The notes below the pieces were generated by a model that saw nothing but the letters and a program-made list of their open reading frames with translations, made no database searches and was not told the origin of the DNA. Positions 1 to 12,745 of a stretch of DNA of 64,000 bases are shown one piece after another. The first letter of the stretch is position 1. Each line of letters begins with the position of its first letter. The position numbers were made by a program, and so were the translations under genes. Location of the stretch: NCBI GenBank assembly GCA_051362555.1, contig CM120641.1:8308001-8372000 (forward strand). Reading direction: 5' to 3'. Source of the stretch: Lingula anatina. Taxonomy: Eukaryota > Animalia > Brachiopoda.

Positions 1-2645
1 TTTTGGTAGAAAAGTGTCATAAAACAGATTTTCTTCAATGGTTAATGAATCCATTCTAACATTAAATTTTTAAAATGTGGTTTTGGTAATAATTTCTTAA
101 GAGAATGCCATCTCTTAAGGGATTATTATAGAGGGTAGCCCTCTATGAAGGTCCACATGGTCTAATGGCAAGCACAGATTTCAGATTTGTGATACCTGTC
201 ATTTTGGTGATAAATGAAAATTATGATATTTCTGTGTGTTGTTTACAATGCATTTATTGTGAAATTTGGAATCTCATATGAAGAGTTGTGATCCTTTCAA
301 ATACATATATACTCTGGAATCATTATCAGCATCTTTCAGATCTAATTTTCAAAAATGATATTTGGGCACTGGATGGATGATCTTTGTTCATGATCTTTGA
401 TGTATTTATGTAAGCATTTTTAGGAAAATAATGCAAAGAATTTGAGAATGACATTGATATTGGTGCACTGTGGGTTATGATAGTATTTTTGATTTTGAAA
501 TACTGGTTTTTAAAAATATTGAGGCACGTAAAATGGACTAAGTATAAATCTAATGGCATAATGCAATTTTTTGGCAGAACTTATTTTCACCAGTCACAAC
601 AGTGCAATTATTTCAAGTGCTCACATTTTGAATGATATTAAATATTTGTACTTATTTAGTAACTGCAAATAAGACAAGGACACTGAAAGATGGTGTATTG
701 CCTTTAAATGGTACATTTAACCTCACAACTTGGTGATCTTCTCTGTTCTGGTACTGTTTTAAAAATGGTATTTACTAGATTTCAATGGGGGAAAATTGTG
801 AAGTTTACAGTTACTGTATTTTTTAAGTCAAAATTTCTTAAAATTAGAACATTCGTATTGAGTGGTAGTAATAAAATTACAAAACGGGCTACTCTTTAAT
901 TCTAATTTTATGGCTACTATTGAATTCTAATTTTATGCAGTAAGAGCACCACAAATGGTATACAGATGTATAATTTTTGCCCATTGAAAAGATCAAGTAA
1001 TTACCATACACACTTTATACATAGTTTAAGTATCAATAAGGGGTGAAGCCTCAAAATATGGATATTTGGGTGTTGGGTGTACTTATGCCTCACTGGCACC
1101 TCACCCTACCCCCCACCCCAACTCATCCCACCCCACCCAGTTATGTGCCTTAAGTGCTCGCATTTTCCGGAGTTAATCAAAAGCTCCTCTTTAATCTCTA
1201 CTGATGTACTTTGAAAATTATGCTGTGAACTTTTTGCACACTAAAAAGAAAGCACAAATAGCTTTATATATTGTCTTAATTTGTATTGGGATTTTGTTAT
1301 TGTTGTCCCTATAACTTGATGAATACAATTTTCTAAGTTCCAGATAATAATTTTATTTTAACTCAACCATACATCAAATTCAGTATATTTTATTTTCTTA
1401 AACAACAGGCAGTTATATAATTTTTAATCTTTCACTATTTCAGTTTTAACTGAGAGTGTCACAAAACACCCCATACTTCAACTTTTTTTGGTAATATTTT
1501 TGATATTGATTTGTCACTTATATCCAGAATGCACAGATCTTAATACCATTATTATTTACAATATTCAGAAGAAAAAAAAACTAAAAGTTTACCAACTTAC
1601 TATTTTATGCTGTTAATTTATCATTGTTGTGGAAAATTCAACAGGTTGGGTTGGCTATGACTTAAACATTCCATTTAGAAAAATATAATTACACCAATAT
1701 TTCATGTAAAATTACAATAAATTGTTGCTGATTTTATGTTTGCTTGTTACTTGAATTCCAGGGAGCTTCCTATTTTCAAATTCACATTTGTCATTCCTTT
1801 CAGTCTTCTAGTAAAATAGATTAGGGTGCAGCAGTGCCAAATCAAAATTTTGTTAAAGTCCCTAATAACAAGCAATACACTGTACCTGTAGCACTTGTCA
1901 CTTAAAGATTCAAGAGGACTAGAAGTTATTTAGGTTTTTTTTAATGTTTTTTTTTTCTTTTTTGGGGGTCAAACTTTAAAGTTCCAAACTGCAGTCAGTA
2001 TTACCATATGTAACTGTCTTAAACTTGGTAAAAAACACTCATTATACATCATTGTTATATATCACTGAATTTGAAGGCAAGTGTAAGGATATTTTATGTA
2101 TATTCAGATAAGCAATAAAGACAGCTTTAAATATTTTTCTAACTTTGTTACACCATTCATGTTCATGTATGTCACCTTAGTTTGTACCAATTGATTTTGT
2201 TCAAGGCAGTATGATGGGGAAACTTCTCAAATATCCTTAATCATTTCCCACATAAATATGTCACTCATTACCAGTTACATGTGAGGGTGGGCGGATCTGT
2301 GTTTTGGTGGAGTACACAAGTTGCTTAACTGCCTTTATGAGGATCTGCTTCAACATTCTTTTACCATAGTCTGTGGGACTAGGCTTCCAACTATCAGTCT
2401 GCGTGGATGTGGCAGTAGATGTACTTAAAGAAATCCAGTTTCTGTTTTAGAAATAAAATATTAGTTCAACATGCTAGATAACAACCCAGTTGTTGTAATT
2501 AAAAAATATATATATATAATCGTTTATCCATTTATTATCTTGATTGCAAAAATTGTCCATATCGACATCAAATATTTATGGATCTCTTCATGCCCATCAT
2601 CTTATGTCCCTATTAAACAAAATTATAAAAAAGGGATGTAAACTC

Positions 2646-2756
2646 ACCATTTGGTTCGGTTTCGAACTATGATAATCAAAATTCTAATTTCAAGAGGGGA
2701 CCAGAAATCGAAAAGGGGGGAGGGGGGTCAGGACCTTCCTGACCCCCTAAATCCGT
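2646..2756 (-). mobile_element. Family D fragment, inverted
   Basis: AAAATTCTAATTTCAAGAGGGGACCAGAAAT is the reverse complement of the core at ~62200-62230. Confidence 0.65.
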
Positions 2757-3655
2757 AAATGTAGACGTATGATTTGTTTCGTTTTGTTTTGCCAAAGTTA
2801 TGTGGTCATCACAGCGTGTGTGAGAACACAAGAATTATCTGGGGGTGGGTTGTTATCATGCCCTATCCTGTAATCATGCGCATAAGTAATCTGCAATCCT
2901 GGTAGAGGGTAATCATGCCCTACTTTTCAAGTTATAATTAAATCGTCTTTTCTCAAAAAATTTTTCTCAACGCGACATGAGTTTTTGGTTTTTTCTCGTT
3001 TAGCGAAACATCTGATTGTATCCGATCTACCAAAGACGATCATAACTATTCGTTTAAAGTGAAAAACAACAGAATCTACCGATTATTCTTATTCTTTACA
3101 TAAAGCAGGGTAATAAAACATTGCACAAGACTTTTCGAAAAAATATCCGTCTGAAGAGTGGTATTTACTTACGGGGAAATAGGCAAACAATTTGCTATCA
3201 AATAAAGCAAATGGAGTGTGGTGGTCTTTGGACCCTTTGATACACAATCGTCTTAAACTTAGCTTCCTTGCAGAATTTTTAATTTCGTAATTAAAATTAC
3301 ATTTAGAATTTGCACCTCTTTTACTTTTGAAGCATAAAATTTGCAATCCTAAACGCAATTTATGTCAATTATTTACAAAATGATGTTTTTGAAGTAACTT
3401 CAGAAAAAAACTAAATGTATTACTAAATGCAACAATAATCAGGCTAATTTTTCTCTTAGGGTTGATCTACCAAAGACTGCTCCCCTTTCATGGATGATTG
3501 CACACTTTATGAAAAATGAATATATGTTAAAATAAAATTACAAGGCAAATACTAGTAAGTGTCCCAGTTACGTTTTATTTTGCCAGGTTTACGAATTTTT
3601 ATTGTACAGAACAAACTATAACTGATTTTAAGCCTACATCAGATTACCCTTTTGT

Positions 3656-6364
3656 TTAATTTTGCTGAGGAGCCGGTGGCTGACCCTGGGCATGGCTTGG
3701 GCGTCCGGCGTGCTCTGGGCGGCCTTCAGCTTTCTCTGGTTTGTCCTGCTTCTCTACTTGGCCTTGAGCATGCTCTGGGCGTCCGGCGTGTTCTGGGCGG
3801 CCTTGAGCTTGCTCTGGTTTGTCCTGCTTCTCTACCTGGCCTTGAGCGTGCTCTGGGCGTCCGGCGTCTTCTGGGCGGCCTTGAGCTATGTCCAGGTTTT
3901 CTGGTTGGGCCCGCTTCTCTTTCTGAGCTTGAGCGTGCTCTGGGCGGCCTTGAGATTGCTCTGGTTTATCCTGCTTCTCTTTCTGAGCTTGAGCATGCTC
4001 TGGGCGTCCGGCGTGTTCTGGGCGGCCTTGAGCTTGCTCTGGTTTGTCCTGCTTCTCTACCTGGCCTTGAGCGTGCTCTGGGCGTCCAGCGTCTTCTGGG
4101 CGGCCTTGAGCTTTGTCCAGGTCTTCTGGTTGGGCCCGCTTCTCTTTCTGAGCTTGAGCGTGCTCTGGGCGGCCTTGAGCTTGCTCTGGTTTATCCTGCT
4201 TCTCTTTCTGAGCTTGAGCATGCTCTGGGCGTCCGGCGTGTTCTGGGCGGCCTTGAGCTTGCTCTGGTTTGTCCTGCTTCTCTACCTGGCCTTGAGCGTG
4301 CTCTGGGCGTCCAGCGGCTTCTGGGCGGCCTTGAGCTTTGTCCAGGTCTTCTGGTTGGGCCCGCTTCTCTTTCTGAGCTTGAGCGTGCTCTGGGCGGCCT
4401 TGAGCTTGCTCTGGTTTATCCTGCTTCTCTTTCTGAGCTTGAGCATGCTCTGGGCGTCCGGCGTGTTCTGGGCGGCCTTGAGCTTGCTCTGGTTTGTCCT
4501 GCTTCTCTACCTGGCCTTGAGCGTGCTCTGGACGTCCGGCGTCTTCTGGGCGAGCACGGGTATCCAGCCGGCACCTCTTGGGGGTAAGTTCAGGTTTGGC
4601 GCAGCGGGCCTTTTCAAATTCGCATCTGTAAAGAAGCGAAAAGGAAAAAACGACGTAAGAAAACCATTACTGTTCGCTACTTTCATTCCTAATATTGATA
4701 TGAAACATCTAGGGTCTCTTCATTCATATATACATCCATCATGAAAGTTAGTCGAACAAAAGAAGTAAACGGTGCCAAGAAATGAACAAACTATTGTTGT
4801 TACCACGAAAACACAGCAAATGGATAAAGTGACATAAATTAATATACAAAAATATAAGCAAATGAAAAAATTAATTAATAAACAGGAAAAAAAAGAAAGG
4901 AAAGAGAGAGAAAGAAAATAAAAATAGGCACATGGATGTAGAGATAATTCAATTGATAGATTTATAAACAATTACAAGAAATTGGTCATCGCACGCACCT
5001 GTTGGCGTATTTGTTGCCCTCACTGTCACAGAAGGTTCCTCTGTGGTTCCAGTGTGCGATAACAGAGCAGTCCATGTCTTTGATCTCTTCACATTTGTCT
5101 GGTTTTTCTGGTTCACCTGAACCCTCCACATCAGGTTTATTTATCAGCTCTTCTGGCTTCAGTTCGTCTGGGCTGGCGCAATGTGTCAACTTCAGATCAG
5201 AGTTGTCGCAGTGCGCCTTGAAGAACTCGCACCTGAAAAAATCAGAAAATCAGCTGTCGATAAGTACAAACCAAGCTCAGCGCAAATTAGTGAAGTACCA
5301 GCATTGTTTGCTGAAGCAGCAGCTTATGGTGTACGCTGAATATAATGGGTGTTACCTTTGTGAGGCTAATGTTGTTTTGTGTAACGAGCATATTTACACT
5401 TATGTCATTGAGAAGAAAAAAAGCTCACAATTGCGGGACATCTTTTAAAATTAAAAAAAAAAATCAAATTATGCAAAAATTAAGTTTGTAATGGGAAAAT
5501 GGACTTCAACAAAAGCCCCAATTTCATTCTCATACTTTTGTTGCATTTTTAATTAGCACGCTGCAGTTAATGTCGGTAGCATTCTTCTTAATTAATTAAA
5601 AGTTCTGCTGTTATTATGACAACAACCTTACTGGACTGGGTAAAAAAGGCAATTACTGGATTTATGTTTATTAATCCTTGCCCAAAGGAAGTGGCATGTA
5701 GCCCCCTAGAGAGGGTGGTTGCCTCGCCATTATTTAACCGCTGTCTGCTGGCCTGACAAATATTCCATAACCACAAATTTTATAAGAGACATACCTGTTA
5801 GCGTACGTGTTTCCTTGCACGTCACACAACTTCTGGACTTTGTTCCACGGCGCCATGACTTGGGCGCAGTCCAAAGATTTCAGTTGCTTGCACTTGTCAT
5901 CGTCCTTATCATCCCCCGAACCCTCTGGTTTGATGTGCCAACCGGGTCTGGCGGTCACAGCTATGTAAGAAGGGAAAATTTACTCTAAAAACTTAATTTA
6001 AAATTAAAAGAAAAAATGAACACGATACTTGGATGAAGGAAACTGTATTATTTTTCATGTGGACAAGTTTTGACAATCTGCATATAAGATGCTACTAGAC
6101 GGTAAAAAAGGCAATCGATCCAAAGTGCTGAAGTCATGTAATCTGGCACGATTAATTTTTCTAAATGCTCACAGTGATTCCACGACAGCAAAATGATAAA
6201 CGATATTAGTTCAAGCCGACATCAGCTGGGAAGACTGTCATGAAATCAGGTACTACCACGCCCTAGCATGGAATCAGCAAGGGTGAAAATCGCTTTTGAA
6301 ACTTTTAATTAAAATGTACCGTGTACTTACCAACAGCAAGAAGACAGAAGACCAGGAGCTTCAT
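3656..6364 (-). CDS. Secreted two-Kazal-domain protein with acidic Ser-Gly sites and a C-terminal 75-aa tandem-repeat (RPEHAQG) tail; 467 aa; join(6364..6331,5960..5795,5232..4999,4625..3656)
   Basis: Manual splicing with GT-AG introns throughout. Exon lengths 34+166+234+970=1404 nt stay in frame to TAA at 3658-3656. The N-terminus MKLLVFCLLAVAVTA-RP is signal-peptide-like. There are two C-x7-C-x12/13-C-DxxGNxYANR-C-x6-C-x9-C modules with the Kazal G-x-T/K-Y-x-N-x-C signature. TATA and Inr lie upstream. Confidence 0.88.
3680..4550 (-). repeat. Coding tandem repeat, 225-bp (75-aa) higher-order unit x ~3.8, built from 18/60/69-bp subunits
   Basis: Identical words recur at a 225-bp offset (4081/4306, 4156/4381). 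GC-rich island in an AT-rich background. Confidence 0.95.
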
Positions 6365-6391
6365 TGTTGTCTTTGGTATACTGGAGTCAAC

Positions 6392-6427
6392 GACTGAAGA
6401 AGCCTGTATTCTGGAGCAGTATTTATA
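6392..6427 (-). promoter_or_regulatory. Core promoter of the Kazal/repeat gene: TATAAAT (6427-6421) plus Inr TCAGTC (6397-6392)
   Basis: The TATA box starts 32 nt upstream of the A (6395) of a TCAGTY initiator, and that A lies 31 nt before the ATG. This is canonical spacing. Confidence 0.7.
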
Positions 6428-9400
6428 CACAGAGGAATGGAGACCTGAACAGGTGCGCTGCCAAATCAACAGGATGTGGATCTTATGGGGAGTGGGCGCG
6501 GGTCTCAGGGTCTGTGATTAAACACTGAGGATGTTGGTCAGGTTGGTGACATTCCCATGGTATGATGTACGTGTCTAAGTTGTGCTATGATGTGCTTATA
6601 AAGACTTCTGACAATTATATATGTGCTTTTAAAATTATCCACTTTTTTTACAAGAAATCACTCTAATAAACAAGCGTGTTGAAAGGCCCGTTGAAAAAAA
6701 ACATAAATTATATGGTGTGCGTAAAAAGCACATGTCTATAGAAAAATTAAAGTTTTCGATTCTTATCTCAAGTTGAATTAATTAGTGAAATTCGAGAATA
6801 CCATACTGGAGACAGAGTTTTAAATTCTTTAGAACGGTTATGATTTTCAAAAATCAAGCAACAAATAAAATAAAGAAAAAACATTGACTGTGAGCGACAT
6901 TAAATTAAGAGATTAAGTTATGAGATGACATACTGAAACTTAATCAATAAGAAAAATGCCTTTGTATCTTGAGAGACCTTTTAAAAGTAGTGTTAGCATT
7001 TTTTGGAAAAAATATCGGAAACACGTTCATAACCCAGTTTAATATAAAATGAAATAAATACTCCTACAATTCATCATTAAAATAAACAGACTAAGACCTT
7101 GACAAATTCAGCGTAGGTAATTCCAAAAGAATCGTCACCTGGGATGTAGGCGTCCGAAAATGAGGTTTAAATAATCGGACTGCTTGGTTGCCATGGCTGA
7201 TAAATTGCGACAAGATAAATGTAATACGAAAAGTTTTCAAAACGTATTTGTGATAAAATATGTGTGCCTGTGGATAACTGTCTCGCTTTTGGCAGTTCGC
7301 AGTTTGTGGTTTCGATTCGATTCCTGGGACAGGTGCTTAGAAATTACTGAAAAAGTGATGAAAGTATATTATTACTGTCATAATTTTGAGGAGGTGGTAG
7401 CGCTTGACTCTGAAGCAGAAGGTCGTAGGAGTCGGGATGCCCTTGCAACCAAACAAGTTAGATTATCTACCTTTTGCAACAAATTAGGTTAACCTATATT
7501 GCACAAAGAAAAATTAATAAATAAAATTAACCATTCCGTAGCACAGTTGGCAAGACCGCAGACCCCAAGTCAGAGCTCAGAAGAAAAGGTAGAAGAAAAG
7601 GTAAGATACTACATGTGTACTAAAAAAGTTACCAACATTTTGTAATAAACTTATTTTACCATAGGATATAAAATGTACGTTAAAACAAAACAAAAAATAA
7701 TAAACACCGTTTTCACAAAATATTTATTCTATCAATCTCCACAACGCAGTTGTATGAAATTACTAGTCAAACTGTCAAAGAAATGTTTATGTTTTACTTT
7801 TCTCCCGATGGAACATGTCATGTCTATATGAATTTTTAATATTGATAAGCAAACATAAATTTCTCATTTAACCTATAAAGCACATAATTAATAACAACAA
7901 CATGATCCTGACCAAATCAAAGATGTAATAGTTTATTGTGGAGTTAGCAGATACATCAGAAATAAAAGGATTAAAGGTATCCTATCCGAGATTTTGCTCC
8001 TAGAGAAAAAAGGCATTTTCTCCTTCTCGCGAGTCATTGCCCTACCCGGTAATATCGCCATCAAGAACTTTTATTATGTCAATGGTTTTATCGTTTTGAT
8101 GGTTTGAATGTGAATTTGGGTCATTTTCAAACGAGAATAGTTTACTTACATCTTTTGTCAAAAATTGACCGGAGTACATGGCCTTTTCATCTTCGCCAAG
8201 TTCGCCAATTTGCAAGGGAAAAGCGGAAGAGTAATTTATCTTTTTTATGGGGTAAATGGGATCAAATATATTTGATATTCAAAATGGATATGATCGCATC
8301 TCTGGCACCGAACGCCCCCCCCCCTCCCCCCCCTGACCCACCCACACACACACAGTTCATCAGTATGTTACCGTACTCTCAATGATGAGAGCAAGCAGAG
8401 ACAGAGAGGAAGCTATAACCATCATTAAAGCATTTGCGTTCTCTTCATCTAAGCCTGACTTATGTATTAGATATTTATGTTTTCGCCAGATTACCTTCTA
8501 TATAGAGTAACGTAAGCAGGGGATGGCAATTTTCTATGAAAACTGAATTCTGCGTGCGAAATCAGTAGCAGCTTCTACAATAATAATAATTCTAAGAAAG
8601 ATTTCCTGTCAAGCATTTCGTAGAATAATATGCAAGTACTGTCAAGGTAGTGTTAAAATTAGATTTGAATGAAATAGCTTTATACGTTGAAGTTGAAAGA
8701 AGTTCATCAGAAAGTGCCGCAGGCGCGACATTTAGGGGCAAAAACAACTGTTCTCGAATACTAAAACACGAACGATGCTCGAGACGTCAGTGAAGACGGA
8801 AGATTTCAGATTGACATCGAAACACATCTGTGAGTATCCCCAAAATACTTTTCAATGTCATTTGGCTTGGAGTGATTTTCATAACAAAGCCCAATTACTT
8901 GACGGCATAAAAATCATGAATAAATAAAGAACAATAGAAATTTTGAACTCGTCCTCTTTTGACATATTATTCTTTAATGATTGACATTGATAATGAAAAG
9001 AACTGTCTATTGGGAAAAGTCCTATATAAAAAAGAACGACTTGGGAAGTCTCTCTTTCATCTTATTCGCTTGCTTGTAATATTGACTTATTTCTTTTTGT
9101 ATGAACCAGCGATATTTTATAATATGATTCTATTTAAACGAGTTCGACACAATTGACAAGAACCAGGGACCGTTTCACAGTATGAAAACCCAAGCCCCCA
9201 AAATTTGTCTAAATACCAAAAGTTTGGTCTACTTCAACCAGTAGTAGACCAGTTACATGAAATACCCGCAAATATTGTCAATGGTACAGCCCAATGCGAA
9301 CAAGTACTTTACTTTTATTTAAGTGAACTACCAAGGATTAACCTTAAACGGACACAGGCCAAATAATTATATTAAAATTTACGGGCTGAAGCAGTTTTGT

Positions 9401-9454
9401 AAAACCAGCCTCTTGTTTCCTAACTGGATTACATTTGACTGACGTATTATAATA

Positions 9455-9669
9455 GGCTCTATTCCCATAGATTTTAGATCGATCTATCCCCGCGGGGAGT
9501 CTCACTAGATTATTTTCAGATAATCCGACTTAAATGTCCGTCCCGCCTACTACAAGCTGTAATGGGGTAATTAACTTTCGTGTCCGCCCGGCTGACAGCT
9601 ATTTAGCGTGAACCCCCAGGGAGTTAGGTCGATCTAAAGTAGGTCGATCTAATCTATGGAAATGGGGTG
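9455..9669. mobile_element. PIF/Harbinger-like fold-back MITE (family A), copy 1
   Basis: 215 bp with TIR ATTCCCATAGAT..AGATCGATCTA; near-identical to 45967-46181 (inverted) and 52731-52945. Confidence 0.8.
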
Positions 9670-9994
9670 TTAGACATGTATTGCAACGCAAAATCAAAGG
9701 CTTGCGATAATACAGGAAAGACATGAGCTCATAAAAAGGATCTAAACTGATGGCGATTATTTTTCGAAATTATAATTCTGAAAATAACATTGACCATGCA
9801 TTGATATATAATAAACATACCAAATTGCCTGAGTAAATTTTAGTGTGTTCTCTGTGGTACACTCAACGGAAGGTTTCAGATACATAAGGTTTGGATGTAA
9901 TGAGGTGATTTCCCCTCAGATATTTAGGGGAAAACAGATATTTCGGTTTCAGAATAATGAAAAATGCACTTTCAGTAAAGAAATCCATCTTCTT

Positions 9995-10042
9995 GTGTGT
10001 GTGTGTGTGTGTGTGTGTGTGGAGGGGGGGGGGGGGGGGGGG
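9995..10042. repeat. Compound microsatellite (GT)n(G)n
   Basis: Direct reading. Confidence 0.9.
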
Positions 10043-10239
10043 TGATGCGGCCCAGCATACAAAATCGTCAAGGAAAATAGCAAATAAAGTGGATAACTGG
10101 GGATATTTTTTCTGGGTATACCTTGGTTATATTTGATAGAATTAAAATATCAAACTTAAAATTCAAGGTTCTTAAATCACATAGACTTAAAACATTTCCA
10201 ATATATTTATAACATACCACGTTTGCACAAGTAGCCAAT

Positions 10240-10245
10240 TTTATT
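10240..10245 (-). terminator. Candidate poly(A) signal of the klu-like gene (implies a ~4.7 kb 3'UTR)
   Basis: AATAAA on the minus strand at the distal end of an AU-rich stretch. Other sites are possible. Confidence 0.4.
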
Positions 10246-11821
10246 GCTCAATACATAAAAATGCTTTAAATTTGCCCCTAATTCTGAACGTACTCAAAGT
10301 CCTCAAGACAAAAACCATATCTTTGGTCTGTTTGAAAAAAAAACACAAAAAGAGGTAACGTAATAGAAAATGAGGCTAGACCTTACACAAGTTTGCCTGC
10401 ATATAACAACTTAATTATGCAAACCATATGAAACAAATTACAATATTTATATATATATGTACGATATATACATATGTACTTTACAGACGCACACCACTGT
10501 ACTTATAAATATCAAGTAAGATGAAAATACAATAATGTTGTGTAGTTTACATATACCTTTTTAAAATTTATATACACCTTTTGACACATGCACTAAATAC
10601 ACTTTAAGTCATTATACAATAATATATATATATATATAATTCTAGAAACAGTCACATTAATTGACATAATAAATATATATACAGTGTTATTTGTTCCTGC
10701 AAAAAGTTTTTTTTCTCAGTGAACGAGGAACATCAATCTGTATCACTAATTCTCACAAGACAAACCATACAATCACAGTCGAATGCCTCACAAACTAGCA
10801 ACAGAGCCTAGCGTACCAGTTATTACTTCGGGCTTCAATAATAAATATGTGGAATTCACTCCAATAATTACAGATATGCAATCGCATGGATACATGTGTA
10901 CAATGTGCAAGTGACTATATTTTAAAGGAATATGTGTATAGCCAATACTATATTGACATTGTAGTTTCATTTAAGTCAGTTTCTTCTAGTTACAGCTGGT
11001 GTAAGTGAACAGACCGACTTCAATGTGTGGCACCCAGACAGATGGCAGTGTAAAGCATTGCCCAGCATATGCTGTACATAGTGTATGGTGCAAAAGATGT
11101 TCTCTGTCTATACAGCCAAATTTCACGCACTTGAACAAAGTTGGGGGGGGGGGTGATACAACCTTTAGACAGAATGAGGGTAGGGAATATTAAGGGCACT
11201 AAATACACTAAAATAAATGGCATTATTTTGTGAATGGACAAAGGAAGGAGGTTCTATTGGCATGCCTTTCACTATTATAACCGAACCATTGCTGCAGCAA
11301 ATAGTGATTAAAAATCTTGTTTCTAAAACAGCAAAGCATCTAGGAATATTTTATCAGAGATCCTGTGTTCTTTCAAAATAATCATGCTAATCACACCTCC
11401 CTTAAATGTGAATCACCCCAAACCACACTCAGGAAAAAAATGACAATCTGGTTAACAAACTCCTACTTTCTATCTGCTTTTCTGAGAAAAGCACCATCAC
11501 TACTAAAATGCTTCTCAGTAATAACTCACATGATACTTGGTTTACAGCCCATAACCACCTTTCAAAATTAAAAGAAAATATTTTGAACTTCAGTTCAGTA
11601 AAAAGTAATTATAAAATCAAGTGAAAATTAATTTTCACACAAATAGAAATCCACTTAAAAGTTTGTTCTATTCACCAATTGCAATCAGTAATCAGTGAAT
11701 CCAGAATGTGCATAACACAAGAAACACTGAACACATATTTATAGTATGTAATAATGTTAAAAGCATAGTTTTTCCAATGTCTAAAGAACTGGATCTATGG
11801 TTCCCTGCGAATGATGGTGGT

Positions 11822-11854
11822 GGAGAGAGAGAGAGAGAGAGAGAGTGTGTGTGT

Positions 11855-11885
<31 letters not shown>
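11822..11885. repeat. Compound microsatellite (GA)n(GT)n(G)n
   Basis: Direct reading. Confidence 0.9.
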
Positions 11886-12249
11886 CAGTCTTACTAAGGT
11901 AGGGTACATATCTTTAGAAGTGTTAAATATGATAAACTTCTGATGCAGGCATGTTGATTCGCTTTCATTAAAAAACAAATGGTCAAAATTTACTAATTTG
12001 TTAAGCTATTGTGCTGCATCACCTCACAGCAAAGTAGCACATTTAGGGGCAGCAACAGTAAGTGAAAGTAGTTTTTAAGGGTAATGCTTATCTTTATTAT
12101 CATCCAGATACCGAAAATGAGTTTTTTCTTGCATCTAATTATTCAATAATTTGCTGATTTAAAACAGTAAAAATCCCCTCGAAAATATTTTTCTCCTTGC
12201 AATATATAAGCATAGGCAACTCAAAGTTTTTATCATCAATTTAACAACT

Positions 12250-12745
12250 TTCTAATTTGAGGTGAGATAGCAATTGGCATGGGGCTTAACTTCATCCCTG
12301 AACAAGATTTAATCAGGAAAATTGGCATAGTTGACCACAAGTCAATGGGCTACAGTCCCGTGCTGTCATTTTGGTTTTAAATGTGTGTTATGAAGTTATG
12401 AGCCCTTAATTACAGATTTTCATTTAAATAAGGCATTATTTTGATTTATCAATGGTAAAACCTGAACTTAATATTAAAAAAAAGAAAAAAAATCCTGGGC
12501 AGGGTTTCAGACTGCTAAATGGTGTCATTAAATTGGTGATAAAAAGGTGTTTGTGGGTGCTCAGGTAAGGGAGAAATTTGTGAAACCAATTTTTCAATTT
12601 CTACCCCAAAATTGCAATTATGACGTCTCCAGAAAGATTACATGTGTGTAAATGTTAATTAATTAAGTCAATGAACACTGAAGATTTACCTGTTATCCAA
12701 AAGAATGTATTTAAGGCAGTAAATAAGGAGTTTTTGGCAAGGGGC
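12250..12745 (-). mobile_element. Family C fragment (in the putative klu 3'UTR)
   Basis: Shares AACTTCATCCCT..AACAAGATTT, GGGCTACAGTCCCGTGC and CCCAAAATTGCAATT with 28655-29120 and with 38220-38705 (reverse complement). Confidence 0.75.

Noticed and set aside
3680-4550. Neuropeptide precursor (repeated ...G-R amidation sites) or CRISPR-like array
   Set aside because: Each G-R is followed by Pro, which blocks convertase cleavage. There are no unique spacers, no cas genes, and the context is eukaryotic.
3652-4744. Two long + strand ORFs (311 aa and 360 aa; one looks like a multi-pass membrane protein)
   Set aside because: These are antisense shadows of the repeat exon. They have no ATG start (TTG) and stay open only because one stop-free unit is repeated. 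The minus strand has the splice sites, Kazal continuity and promoter.
7285-7580. tRNA-like A/B-box fragments (GGTTTCGATTCGATTCC, GGTGGTAGCGC, TAGCACAGTTGG)
   Set aside because: No cloverleaf can be built; at most these are decayed tRNA-derived SINE heads.
8700-8836. Possible + strand first exon (CpG patch ending in GTGAGT)
   Set aside because: No downstream exon or ORF was found, so this is unsupported without RNA data.
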